The position numbers and the translations under genes were made by a program. From assembly GCF_009914755.1 (NCBI RefSeq), contig NC_060942.1: 64,000 nucleotides of DNA. One strand, written 5' to 3'. Within the stretch, counting starts at the first letter, position 1; each line of letters opens with the position of its first letter. The notes below the pieces were generated by a model. The model was not told where the DNA came from. It saw nothing but the letters and a program-made list of their open reading frames with translations, and did no database searches. The stretch comes from the human T2T-CHM13v2.0 reference genome, Homo sapiens. Positions 45,859 to 60,826 of the stretch are shown here, one piece after another.

Positions 45859-48800
45859 TAAAATAGCTTTGCACTCTGTGTTAGAAATGGCCCTGCACCA
45901 TCTCTATTAGCAACATGGCTGCAGTGGACATTCAAAATAAATTAAAATGTAGCTTTTTATGCTCAAAGCCGACATATCAAAGAAAGATCTGCCATCAGCA
46001 CATGGCAAACATATTTAACATGACTTTTTTCATTTACAGTCCTGCTAGAAGTTTATTGATGTCATGTATATTGGTTCTATTCAAAATATAATGAAATGCT
46101 TCAGCCATTTTATGTAAGGGGATAAAAATTAAAATGTATTGAATTATGTGAATAGCATACTATTGCCGACTTTAGGTATTTTCTTTCAGGTACTATTATC
46201 CCTTATATATTAAAGAAAATTTTGATATGACAAGACAGAAAGTTCCAAACCAAAAAAAAAGTCTATTTATTGTAAAGAACCAAGGTAGAAACTATAAAAA
46301 AGTTGCAATATGATATCTAGAAGAAAAAATGTTCATACAGAGAAACACTAAAGCTGAATAGTAGTGATTACATCAAAATATTTTCATGTAAGTACTTACT
46401 ATTTTAGAGCACAGTATTATTTTTCTGGGGGACAAATGGTTTGAAGAGTCATTTAACAATTGAAAATAATTTGAAACATTCAAATGATTACAATAATTTG
46501 AATGTTTAATTCATTTAACAATTGAATAATTTGTAATAAGTTTCACAACTAATATTTAAAGTTGTATATTTAAGGCATGATATGTGTTGTTCTAAAGAAG
46601 GATAACTTAGCTCTTAAATCTGTGACCACATCATACCTCTATATCTGGCAGAAATCTTAATACATGATAGTAAAGTAAAAAATTAGAAACACACGTATGA
46701 TTGGCTTCTTCTGTTTGACATACTAAAAGAAGAGTCTTAGTATAACTGTATAGCCTATTCCTCAAATCTTCTAGGAAAGGTACCCTAGTAAATAAGGGAC
46801 TTTTGAATTCTGATGAGTGAGCTATTCAAAAGCTGGGTTTTGGTAGCAGCTAATCTGAAAATTTGCCAACAACACACAAGCAAGCATTCAGCCAAAGCTT
46901 GCATGACAGTTCTTAATGGCGGAGTAGAAGTTGGGAGGAAAGTAGGATAGAAATGAGTTCATCTTTGTCATCTAAATTTTGAGGACTTCATGTCTAAATC
47001 AGGTTTCACTCCAAATGAGCAATCAAAAGGCAACTCGTTATTCATTTTGTGGCAGCATGAAATGTAACTAGATAGTGTTTTGCAAATGCTTCATTTTTAT
47101 CTATAGATGAGTGCCAAATTAATTTCATACTCATAATGTTTGCCAACTGAGAGATCTGAGGAAAGGTTGAAGATGACTTAAGGCATCCAAATGTGTTAAA
47201 CAGCAGAGTGATGAGTTATCATAAGATTTGCAGGCCCACATTGATAGCCATCCCAGGAATTGTTTAATGAGCTCAGTATTTCATTTGGTACTGTTTACCC
47301 TAAGTGCCCTAAACACATCTAGAAAACTAAGAACAAGTTCAGGAATTTGTTCTATGACATAATGGTTCAAAGAGTTATTTCTAATACCCTGATTTGAAGT
47401 TTAATATTGTCTACCCTAAATGTCATGCTCGATAATAGTCAATTCTATTTTAAACACATGTTGTTTATATGCTAAAATAAGTTTTTGATCATTTAAAATT
47501 ACTCAGAAATATTGATATTGGTCACTTTTATTAATAATTTTGTACATGTATACATCTTACAAGACACCTACAATGGCAAATGTTCTAAGACAAATAAATT
47601 ACTCATCATAAGAGATTTCAAGCTACAACATAAGCATTTTAAAGATTTGGTGTAGAGCCAAATCTACACCAAAGATAAAATCATGCTATTGCTCTCTGAT
47701 TTAAGATTTTCACTTCCCAAAGCTGCAGCAGAGCATACTGTGCTCATCAGAATGTAACTTTGTTTGCCTGAGACAAAGGCTTAGATGTCCCGAAGCTGAG
47801 AAAACTCCCAGTACTCACTGGGTAATGGGCAAGTATTTCATAGTAATGCTTGTGCCAGGCAGGTGTCCACGAACGTCATTCCTTCATATTTAGCCTTTGC
47901 AAGGATCGCAGCATTTTATTCTAGAGGCTAGCATTTGGTCTTTTTGATATTAACAACCAGTCAGAGAAGTACAGGAAACTCAGTCAATAATCACTGTTTA
48001 ATTAAAAGGACATTTGTAATTAGAAAGGGATTATCTTACTGTAAACTTATGTAGGTACACATATATGATGTATCTAATTCTTTCTTTGGAATGTTAATTA
48101 AAAGAATCTTGACCTTGATTACTTGACCACATAGGAACCTGCACATACCCACCTTTCCACTAATCCTCCCCAGGGTCCCACTGGGATACATACACACTGT
48201 CAAACTATTGGAAGACTTATGTCTATCTCTGCCCTATCCTGTGGGTTTTTCCTGCTGATAAAGCATGCTTCCCCATGCTGGCCTATCGGGTAATAGAGAG
48301 GAAGGATGCTCCCAATGGAGTAGACCACAGAGGATTCTGGTGGAGGGAGGGAGTCACTTCCTACACACAAAAGAGTGGTATTCAGAGTGAAAGCCCAATA
48401 GAGTACAGTAAATTCTCTGGGCATCCTTAGTCATCATTCTGAAATGTGCCTCTCCCCTATCCAAGAATATAGCACTGAAAGCTTTGGACCAGTATAGAAA
48501 AAAGTTCTAGTCGTCAAATTCTTTTATGACAAAAATACATGATTTTTCTTGACAAATGATAGAAACATATGATAGAAAAAAATCAAGGCACAAATGTAAG
48601 CCATTTTTGTCTCTAATAAAAGGTAGTTATGAGAATCCATATGGTCCCTGTTGGAAAATACTCTTCAGTAGATAACATTTTGAGACATTCAAAATTTCTC
48701 AAGTTCTATTCAGTGCAGCTTTGCTAGTAGAAAAATAAATTCAAAAGATAAAAATGAGAATGGGTTTGTCTATCATTACATGTGGTTATTTATCCCTTGC

Positions 48801-49419
48801 TAAAAATATCTTAGACTGCAGACAATGCATGTATATGATTAAAGATAAAGGGCAGACAAAGAATGGAGATAAGGGTGGTAGTCTCGTCTTTTTTGACATA
48901 ATTCTAAAGAATTCTCACCTAAATATGAGATGCTGATGAGGATAGTTTCTTAAATGTGTCCCAGTCTGGCTGCCAAACCTACATACTTCCTGGATTGGGT
49001 GGGCACTTATGACCTTGACATATCTTGTCAAGGATCAGGTCATTCTTGCTGGGGACCTGTAGCACTTCCAACAACATACTGTCCTTTCTCAACAGCTGTG
49101 TTAGGATCTCAGTTCAAAATCGTATTCCTGTCCATAAGCTACATATAATGCAACTGCCTGTCAAAAGCATCTTTATCAATACTATAATAAAACACTATAA
49201 TAAAATGTATTTGAGAAGCCATTAATTTTCAATGGGAAACAGAAGAGAAACTCTAGATAAAATTAAACTGTGGTGATTAAATTAAATGGCTGGTAAACCT
49301 TTAAAAATGTTTGTTAAATCTTGACAAGGTACAAGATTTCATAAAACTTATTTAAAGCTTTCAGAGAGCACCAAATTCTAACCACTAGCCCATCAGAGAG
49401 TGTCAAGATAAATAAATTC

Positions 49420-49700
49420 TGCAGCTCTACTATGCAGCATAGTTCCTATAAATAATATAACTGTATTATGTACTTAAAATTTAGTAAGGTGGTAGATCAT
49501 ATACTGTGTTTTTACCACAATAAATAATAATAATAATAAAATGGGTGGGAGGAAACTTTGGGAGTTTGGGGCAAGTCTGTGGCTTTGAAGGTGGTGATGG
49601 TTTCATAAGTATATCCTTACTCTCAAATTCATTGAATTGCATACATTAAATATGGGCAGCTTTTTACTTTTCAATTATATCTCAATAACTTTTTAAAATA
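49420..49700 (+). mobile_element. L1M 3' end fragment
   Basis: ggaggaaactttggg...ggtgatggtttcataagtatat...catacattaaatatg...tcaattatatctcaataa. Confidence 0.7.
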
Positions 49701-49731
49701 ACGCTTATAGAATTGTAAAATTATAAACATT

Positions 49732-50057
<326 letters not shown>

Positions 50058-51288
50058 CTACTACTTATCAAGATATCTTTTCATAGAATATGTGTATATG
50101 TTATGTTTAAATGAAAGAAATTGTAATTGATTTCTGATTTAGAAATCACTCTTAGGATGTAATAGACATAAACCCTGTTCATCTGAAAGGGGCTTTCGTT
50201 AACAGAATCAATATCTACGTATTTCAGTTCTAAACATTCTTATTAGGCAATGATTTGTGCTGCTTTATTTAGAAAAAGAAGGACCACCACCTGTAGGGCG
50301 TTTAAGGTATTTTTCAAATGATGATTGATTTGCTATAATAGCGCCACATCTGATGAGAGACTGTATTATCAGTTGCTGCCTATTATATTTTCTCTATGTG
50401 AATTTTACTGAGACATATACAGGAAGCAATCGGCAAGTGTTGTATCCTACCTATCAAGTTTGAATGGAATCAAGTGAGTTAAATACGCCCAAAAGACTCA
50501 AAGCTCAAAGACGGTCAAGTCTAGGTAAAAATAATTCTACTAGTAATTGAGGGAGGGAAGCTTATGAAGATCTGCCTTGGTCAAAATGCCATGTAATTTT
50601 CAGAAATGTGATAATACTAGAGATTTACCTCTTATTTAGTTTCATCTGGTTAGCAGAAAAAAAAAGTCATCTTTAAAACAAAATTTAGCAATTTAATTTT
50701 TATATTTTTAAATTTAAATTTCAAAAAGTCATTTTTGAGACTATTACTTGTAAGTCCTCTGAAGTTGTCAACAACAACTCAGGAGCTATCTTCACAAGGG
50801 CTAAAGTTTATCAAGATATTTAGATTATATTGTACCATATTTATGGTTGCCAATTATTTTACCCAGTCTATGTGAGAATTGGTGAAGTTGTTTAAAAAAT
50901 AGTCACATACAAGAAAATAGCTTCCTGAATTTTCTTAAATATATATATGGGTGATAATTACTTGGTAATTGCATGCAGTTTTTTTTTACTGTTAATTCTA
51001 GTTTTAATTAAATTTATATAATTGTTCTCAGTTTATGTTTAGAGGGATATGAAAAGTAAGATAATTTTAGGATGAATTTGTACAGCAAAAACATTATTTT
51101 CAATTTTTTTTCTCTGAATACTTATTTAATAGAAATAAACATGTAAGTTTGGGTCCTTATCAATTTTATTTCAAGAGGGCACTAGCTTTGAAATAAAAAC
51201 TTACTAAAAAGAACTGTTGGTTTGATATGTCAGCTTTCTTGCTAGGAACTGTCAAAGTCTAATAATGTTATTTCTTTTTCCCCCGCAG

Positions 51289-51321
51289 TGGAACACCCTG
51301 ACAAAATGGCTAATGACCAAG
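51289..51321 (+). CDS. DCC: DCC 33-nt microexon (about exon 21), juxtamembrane stalk
   Basis: Strong acceptor tttctttttcccccgcag| and donor CAAG|gtatgg. Translates (V)EHPDKMANDQ(G), the sequence I recall following FRTLK in DCC. Confidence 0.93.
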
Positions 51322-54310
51322 GTATGGTGGCTCAATCTGTCATTTTGTGTTCCTTGAATCAATCCTGTCTGTTAGACATGTCAGTCATTACTTTATATTC
51401 CTCTTTTCACCTGGACCATACACCTGATGAAGCAGACACTGGCGTGACGATTAATCTTGTTAATGAAGTTCTGCTTGGCTGAGGCTGCGGCTCTGATAAG
51501 GAAGATGTAAATTTTCTTGAGAGGAAATTGTTTTGTCTCCATTCTGAAGGACCAATTAAAATGTCAAGCTTCTTTGTATGAAATAAATTTTTAGTCTCTG
51601 TCTGCACTTCTGAATAATTCACATTAAGTATAATTAAGCTCAGCATAATTTTCAAGCTGCTCTTGCACCCTTTCCTGAGCTATGGATTAAAGTTCTGTAG
51701 CTCTACAGAGAAAACCCGTAAATTATGTGTGATTTTCCTCTGCAATGAGCTTCTTTTAATATATAAAATCAAAGTTGGGTCACCTTTTTTAGGGCATTAT
51801 CATTGTTCATTTTGAAGCCAGAAAGCTCTTATTCAGTGAATCAGATGCTCATTTGACTCACAGCACAGTATTTTCTCCCTTTTCCTTATTTATTTACTAA
51901 AAGCTGATTTGTATAGAGAAACAGGTAAAGTTTTACACAAAGGCAAAATGGAGATAAATAAGAGTTATCCATCAACTTATAAGTGGATATGAACTTACTA
52001 TTACCGTGATTTGTAGACTGATTGATAAATTAGGATTCCGTTATCTTTACACAAAGGACAATTAGTAGAAAGCTGAGGGAGACAATGAATAGTTTATGAG
52101 TTTTATTTTTTTGAGGATGTTACTTTCTTTCCAGAAGAGTTAGGAAAAACTATAAACTGGTTGTAGTCAGTGCTGTCAGTATTTGTAGATTGAGAGTCTG
52201 CAGTTCATATAGTTTGTTTCCTTCCTGCTTTGGACACCTACTGTGGGCAGTGCTTACTTGCAAACGTGTCTCATAAGGCACCATGTCGTGAGATTAGGGG
52301 AATGCTTTCTTTCAACAGGAATACTTTTTAACTTTTGACAAATACTAAGCCTCTGGATGCTGGCTCTCCCTGACAGCAGAATGCTTCCTGCATGAGTAGC
52401 ATTTTCTTCAGTGGTCCTGTGTTTACATTCTTCTCTGGCGATGTATACTATGCAGCTGCTTAACAGAACATGGCTAGGGGTTTACGTGGAATAATTGAAA
52501 TGGGACTGTGCACAGCAATGGCTACTCAGGGTTAAGGTTTTCATTAATCTAGCTGCTCCTACTTGCTTCCACTGAAAATGTTTTCATACAATTAATATCT
52601 ACTAAATGAGATTTGTAAAAAATATTAATGATGAGTAATTATCACTTGGCATGTATTTACATAGGTAACTTAAATATTAGTCTTGGTCAAATCCAAATCT
52701 GGAATAGTTAATAGCACCAGCTTTATTATTGCAGTTATAAAACAATTGAAACAACCTCTCATAACCTTCTTTACTTAAATAAATTTGAAGCTTCCGTAGA
52801 CAGATAACTCCTAAGTTTTGAAATTATATTTTAAAATAATAGAGAAAAAGATTAAAATAACTGAACTAGTTGAAATGTCATTATTAGTCACTTAGTTGAC
52901 AACAAACATGTCCAGGCTTCTCAATAAATGGCTTTCCACTTCTCTCTGGGTACTATTATATTGTTTTTTCTTTTGTTAATTGCTTTTAGTTTTTTAAGGT
53001 AACTGTTTTGCATAATATTATTTTAAACCACCACACATATATTCTGTAAATTGATTATTTTATGAAAGGCAAATGAGTAAATTATTTCCCAGTCCCTATG
53101 ATCACACATCCTCCATGGATTTTACTTTGAGTCTCACATCTACAATAAATCAGGCTAGTTCTCAGGAACAAAAGGACCCCCTCAAGAATTACTGCCAGTG
53201 GCTGAGTCCATTAATATATTTAGTCAGTTGTTCTTTTTCTTCATCTAATATTACTCAGAAGGATTCTGTCACATATGTAACTTGGAGCCATATTCAGTCA
53301 TGGTTGGCATGTAGTTAGTTGATCAAGTTGATAGGTTCTAAATTTTACATCAAACTCAATTCACTTATAAAATTGAGAGGGACTGATGACATATAATTTA
53401 GTGGTTATAAATAATATCTTCAAATTCTTACAAAGAAAGCATATAAAATTTGCTGCACCCTCAAAGCACGTTTTATAAACAAAATCAGTCTTCTGAGTTG
53501 ATGACCACATGCATGAGAAATAACCCAGATTAAAGATCCCTCTAAGATTGATGAAAATAATAGGAAGAGGCTGATCTTAATACTCCCATTCCCAGAACAC
53601 AGCAAATTAGTTGAATATGTTTTACCATTCCCACTGTTAGACCTATTTGCCCCCTTCTCATGGAGAAATGATCCCACTATTACATTTATGACAGGAGCTG
53701 AGTTTCTGCTGAGAGAAAATTCCCTCAGAGAAAAAAATGTGGCATCTGGGGTCAGAATTAACCTTGCAAAGATGAATCCTAAATAAAGAAGCAAGAGGTT
53801 GAATTTGACTTATATGAGAGAAAGTGAGACCAGTTTTGATTGTCCTAAAAAAAGTATCTGTTCAGATTCTTGTCACAATTATTATTATTTTAGGGATTGA
53901 AGATCTGCCATGAAGAACATAAATGTGAAAACAATAGTCATTTGAAATGGTTTTGATTTGGAGAAAATATTTTCTTCTGAGCAATGGTATAGTAGTTGTT
54001 TGACAATGATAGGCAATTAACATAGAACCCCTGATTTCTTTATGTAATTGTAAATTGATGAAATATAGCATTTTTAAAACTTTCTAATCTTGACCACCTC
54101 TATAATTCTCCTTTTTTGCATCACCCTATCTCTTGCTCCATATCCTAATTATTTCTGTAGATTCTTCCAGGCACAGGTGGCAAATAAGTTGGGAAGTAAA
54201 AGAAATTTTAGAGATAAACCAGAGTTTCGTTTTTTGTAGGGTTGGGTAAGGAAATTGCACAGGCTCTATGAAGCGGGTGCAGAGGTTAGATAGAAAATCT
54301 ATGCTTTAAA

Positions 54311-54690
54311 AATTATTTTTAATTTTTGTGTCTACATAGTAGGTGTATATATTTGTAGGGTACATGAGATGCTTTGATACAAGCATACAGTGTGAAATAA
54401 GCACATCATGGAGAATGGGGTATCCATCCCTTGAAGCATTTATCTGTTGACTTACAAACAATTCCATTACACTGTTCATTTAAAAATGTACAATTATATT
54501 ATTGACTATAGTTACCCTGTTGTGCTATCAAATAGTAGGTCTTACTCATTATTTCTAACTATATTTTTATACCCATTAATCATCTTCACCTCCCCTCTCC
54601 CCAGCCCCCCACTACCATTCCCAGCCTCTGGTCACCATCCTTCTATTCTCTACATCGATGAATTCAATAATTGTTTTGATTTTTGTTTTG
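54311..54690 (-). mobile_element. L1MA-like 3' end
   Basis: tacatagtaggtgtatatatttgtagggtacatgagatg...catcatggagaatggggtatccatccc. Confidence 0.85.
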
Positions 54691-54959
54691 ACTTTTGATT
54701 TTTTCCCTTTTTTTCTATATTCTGATTAAAACTCCTTCAATTTGTCTGTGCTGTTGTGGGCCTATGTAATGGTAAAATGAACCGCTATGCAGCTCTTGCC
54801 AGCAGTCACTGTTTTAAAAGCTTTACAGGAGTGACTCACTTAATTCTCGTAACAATACTGTGAGAAAGGTATTGTCTCCATTTTAGCAAGGAAGAAAGTG
54901 AAGCTCAGAGAGATGTTATTTGTCTATTGAAACACAGCTAGTAAGTAGAAAGGCCATAA

Positions 54960-55320
<361 letters not shown>

Positions 55321-55601
55321 AAAAGCCCTGATTTTAACCATCAACTGCATGACAACAGATATGTTACATGTATATAGCCACACATTCACATTCGACGTAT
55401 AGCTATAAAGTTGCTTTAACTGAAGTTTTGTTTGCTGTTATTTGTCCTATATAGATCTTCCTTTTCACATCTCTGAATATTCTAAAGAACAAGGGAAATA
55501 ACTCTCAATCTGAGGTCATCTTGTTAGTGGGGTGGCAACAGCGCTGATTACATGATCCTGACACTTCTTTATTTCAGGAAACAGGGATGGTGATAATTCA
55601 C

Positions 55602-55972
55602 TGTCTAAGCCAGCTTGGGTTGTCAATACAAAACGCTATATACTGGGTGGGTTAAACAACAGAAAGTTATATTCTCAGAGCTCTGGAAGCTGGAAGTCCC
55701 AGATCAAGGTTCAGTGTGGTCAGTTTCTGGTGAGGGTCCTCTTCCTGGCTTGCAGGTGGCCTTCTCGCTGTGTCTTCCCGTGGTGGAGAGTGACCTCTCT
55801 GGTGTCTCCTCTTCAGAGGACACTAATCCTATTGGATTGGGGCCCTACCCTATGATTTCATTTAACCTTATGATTTAATTACTTCCATAAAGGCCCTATA
55901 TTCAAATATAATCATATTGGGGGTTAGAGATTCAATATACACATTTTTGGGGAAGCAATTCAGTCCATAGCA
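55602..55972. mobile_element. MaLR solo LTR (MLT1A-like)
   Basis: tgtctaagccagcttggg...ttaaacaacagaaa...ctggaagtcccagatcaagg...aattcagtccatagca; near TSD ttcac/tccac. Confidence 0.85.
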
Positions 55973-57168
55973 TCCACATTTAAAAAGAAAGCTGTTATTT
56001 CACTCCTTCACTAATTTTTTCCCAGTTTTTCAGAAGCAGAAGGTAAACATTTTACCCAGGATCACAGAATTAGCTGTTGGCAGAGTTAGAACTCAAAACT
56101 TTTCTTTCTGGTTCCTAGAGTGTGCAGTCTTTCTACTGTAAATGGTTACTATATTTAAACATTTGATTTCCATTCTTCTAAAATCAGCTCCAACATTTTA
56201 GTGTCTCACAGAAGCATTTTAGAAAATCCCTTTGTTTTGAGTTTGCAATGGAGGTTAGCTGTAACTCTGAAACATGACTGCTTCTTAAAAGTGATTATTA
56301 GATCAAACTTTTAAGGTATTTTTGTTTGCATCGTTATGTCCCATTTAATGTCCAAATATTGTTCTCCACTTTGAGATGTCTTTGTATGAAAATCGATATT
56401 CTTAGCATGAGCAGAAATGTTTACTCTTTCATGTGTGTTTCTACGTCTGCTCATTGTAACAATAGGTGCTATGGCGATGATACAGTACCTTAAAGTGGGC
56501 AGGATTCTCATGAAGTGATTTTCACCATTGCTGAGATGAATTACAAAGAAAATGCTCACTTTGAGCACTCTCAAGTGTATTTAATTCTCCATGACCTGGA
56601 AAAGGGGTGATCTGAAACACTAGACCTAGAGAAGAGGCCTACGTACATAGGGCAGTTTACAGATCCAGATAAAGACAGCCTGCTGTAAACTGCCCGCCCA
56701 ACAAGGAGGAAGAATTACTCTCCTGTGAATTGTGGTAATGGCTGATAATGGTCTAGCTTTTCATTTGGAAGTCACTCAGTGTGTGCTATAGGAGCACTGG
56801 AATGGAATTAGATACTTTCAGTTCTAGCACAGTCCTGCCACTGGGACCTCTTGTGTAATGTTGGGCAGGTGACTTAACATCTCTCAACATCCTCACCTGT
56901 AAAATGATAAGTTCAGACTAAATTATCTTTTGGTTTCTTTCAAGATTTAAGATTCTGAAGTTTTAAGGTTGGTATTAGAATAAAAACTCAGGCATAACAT
57001 CTTTGCATAGTGAAGCATCTCACATTTATGGCTTTTCCACTATGTGTCAATTACTCTTCTATGCATTGTGCACATGCAATCCTATTTGATTCTTATAGCA
57101 CCCTTACAGATGTAGAAAAAGAGACAGAGAGGTTAAAACTTGCCCAAACACTCACAGTATGTAAGTGG

Positions 57169-57577
57169 TGTGAAAGTTGATTATACAAAATGGAGTCACT
57201 CATGTCATACCCAACTAAAATGGAGTCAGGAGGTTATAAGGAAAAGCACTCAGATCACATACATTTATTCCAGGAACTGTCTTGTGAGACTAAACCCAAA
57301 ACTTCAAGGACCTGGTCATGATTCTAAGATTCCACATCTTACTTAACACCTGCTGACACTCAGCAGCTCCTGGAAGACACTACCAGCACCAATTAACTTA
57401 CTTTCAAAACAACTTGCATAACCTTCCTCTATTCCACAATAAAACTCCGCCTTTCCCTTTATTCTCTAGACTCACCTGGGGCTACCTTGGTTTGGGTGTC
57501 CTGAATTGCAATTCATATTCTCAAATACCTTCTTCGCTCAGAGATTCACCTCTATGTATCTTTATTTTAGGTTGACA
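57169..57577 (+). mobile_element. Solo ERV LTR (ERV1-like) interrupting a MIR
   Basis: TG...CA ends (tgtgaaagttg...ttttaggttgaca), internal AATAAA at about 57438, near 4-bp TSD gtgg/gtga. MIR sequence stops before it and resumes after it. Confidence 0.7.
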
Positions 57578-60489
57578 GTGATTAGGCCCAGATACATACC
57601 CAGGCTACCTAACTGGAGAATCTCTGCTCTTGACGTTGTGTAATTTCTGGAAATGCAGACTCATGATCTGTCATCAAGAAAGTTATACCTAAATGGCATC
57701 ACCATAAGTTCACCTAGTTTAAAGGACTTTGTCTTTCCTTAATAGGGTATTCAGGCAAAGTACTTAACACTGCACCTGCCATTTTACACCTCAGCAGTTT
57801 TAATCTCATGAATAAACAGAATGTTAATTGTTTCAAATTTCAGGGAAATAGGGTTTTTGAGGCAGTCTAGTCAAGCTTGGAATTTAGTTAATGTAATCCA
57901 GACTTTGCAGGGTTTGGATTACAGCAGCCAGACTGCCGTTTGAAAAATGGAAACCTTTAGTGCCTTCTGATGGGAGCTGTTTAATTGAAAATTAAAACCT
58001 CTTCTTACCCTATTATTGTGCATAGTTTCAACACAGTTTATTATTCGGCTGCTTGCTACACCCACTTGAAAAAGCTATTCTCACCTGGGTTTTTCACAGG
58101 TTCAATTCTGTAAATTAGGACTGTGGTGAAACAGTAGTAGCAGAAAATGAATAATGTGCTTTTAATGGAGTGTTAAGGTGCTTATCATGTTCCCAGCAAG
58201 CAGTCAAGTAGCTGCCTATGTCAACTTCTCAGCAGTTTTCATGTTTTAATAGGTAACTCTGAAGGAACAAAAACGTACTCAGTACTCATAGGAATTGATG
58301 TGATTCATGGGATAATTTTAACCTTCTCACACCTGTAAGGTAGACATTTTTGTTTATACACTTCAAATAAAATTCCATAAACAGGTTCTTCTTGTAAGAG
58401 CCACTGTATTTTGGATGCCATTTCCTTGTACAGATATTGGCCAAGTACACGGTCTTCCTAGCTTTATTTTCTGCCCACTTCAATCAGCCCTAGATTCTGC
58501 CGCTTCAATTTTCTTTCCAAAACAGATGGGTCACTGTTGCTTTGGGGATGAGTCAGTTCTTTGACATCAAGAACCTTGGCTATCTGACTGTAACGTCTCT
58601 TTCCTGGTGTCATGGCCAATAGATCCCTCCACATATGCCACAATCACAAATCACCCTGGAAAAAGTGCATTTTTCACAACTACATGCTGTAATGTGTACC
58701 ATTTTCTCAGCCTTAGCTGTGCTTTCTCTCTTTCTCAACTAAGCAAAGTCTTCTTTGAGACTCCCTTCTCAATTTTACTTTTTTCAAGAATCCTTTCTTA
58801 CCTTTCTTGTCTTTTATTCACCTGTATTTTCATAACACCCATCCTATTTTTATTGTGTTTTCCATTTCTTCTTATACTTTGCTATTTATATTCTTAGCTT
58901 CTTGACCAGATTTTAAATTCCCAAGAACAGAGAACTGGCTAGATTCTTCACATTGTCATCCCTACCTCCCTAATTTAGAATTTATCCTATTTTAGTTGTC
59001 TGATAAGTGTTTGTTTAATAGAATCATAACACAAATGTTTGGGGAAGCAGCTACAGAGTAATCTGGAAAGATAAGTTTTACCATTGAATGAAAAGTGTAG
59101 ATTGGACAGCTCAAAGTAATAGTGCACATGGCTGTGTATATTGGAGATTTACTGATCTTGGGGGAGACGAGAAGTTATGCATATATTTCCAACAGGAAAA
59201 AGTATATTCAATAATCACCTACTAAAATAAATGCTAAATAGAAAAACAAGTTCTCTGTAATTCAGCTGATGGTAGTTACATTTGTAGATGGCTACGACCT
59301 CCTGCACTCATTTTGTGACCTCCAGTCTTGCTGTCCTTCCTTGTTAGCAGAAAATTTATAGATTTGAATTTCACCAGCTGCTTGGAATTCTGAGTACAGA
59401 AAGGAGAAAATCAAAACTAATGGAAGCTGATAAGTTTGTTAAAATTGTGGCTATGAAGTATGAAAAGAACTAGACTCACTTTTGATAACTTGTGGATTAC
59501 TATGTATCCAGTACTGTGCTGGCACTAGAAACATTAGAAGGAAATGGTCCTGGCAAAGCATTAGAAGGAAGTATGGTTCCGTGGGTCCATTTTCAAGAAG
59601 CTTGCAATATAGTTAGGAGGAGGATATTAACACTTCCAGTCCAGTATGAAAAATACAAAATGCCAAATCAGATGGTACTGTCTACATGTGTATGTTACGG
59701 GATTTCAGATAAATCATTGTGGGCTGGATTAGAAAAGACTTCTTAAAACCTAAGACTGGGCTTTAAATATATGAGTAGAACTAGACTCAATGCAAACTAT
59801 TACCGGGGGAAGAGTAGCTGATCCCTTATGTAGAGAAATTCTAGGATGGAAAAGTTAGGAAGCCAAGATGCTGGGAAAATAGTGAGGACTACAGGATGGG
59901 CTCCAGGAACATTTAGGATATAATTTGCTCAGGCACAAACATATCTCATGCCTACCTTTGCAGAGTAGTACCTTATGGCAGAGACCTATGTTGGTGAAGA
60001 GGCTTTTGCTATTTCTCTCTGCTCTAATGTAGTAGTTCTGGGGCTTTCCTACTTTTCAACATATCAGCTAGCTATTGTCTACACTGGCCAGTGAAGGCCT
60101 GCCTGCTCCCTTGTATCCCGAGCCCTGGAAACCCATCCACTCTTGGTTGCTGATATTGATCATTTCCTGCTTGGAGGGGTGTGACTGTGGGATAGGGAGA
60201 GAAAAGGATGATGGGATGGGAGTAGGAATGGGGCCTCAGTAGCAGTCATCTTCAAAGAATTTTCTTGGCCTTTTTTTTTTCTTTTTAACCACTTCTGTTG
60301 TACCTTTTCTGAAGTGGCAACTTCACTTTTTCCAGTACTCTGCATGGTTACAAGGAAACTATTTTTCATTCTCTGCCACAGCCTTGTTTTGTTCTGCATG
60401 TTCAATTGAGAATAGAGCCACCATCTCAAGTCATACATACCTAAACTCTCACTCTTACACCCCAAGACCAACTCTTTGAAGTGCTCTAA

Positions 60490-60826
<337 letters not shown>

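Noticed and set aside
51240-51288. SRRM4-type UGC enhancer for the microexon
   Set aside because: The nearest TGC is about 48 nt upstream, not next to the AG where the motif normally acts.
59532-59580. Repeated cattagaaggaa...atggt(t)cc inside an 84-aa ORF
   Set aside because: A short local tandem duplication in probable old repeat sequence, with no coding support.
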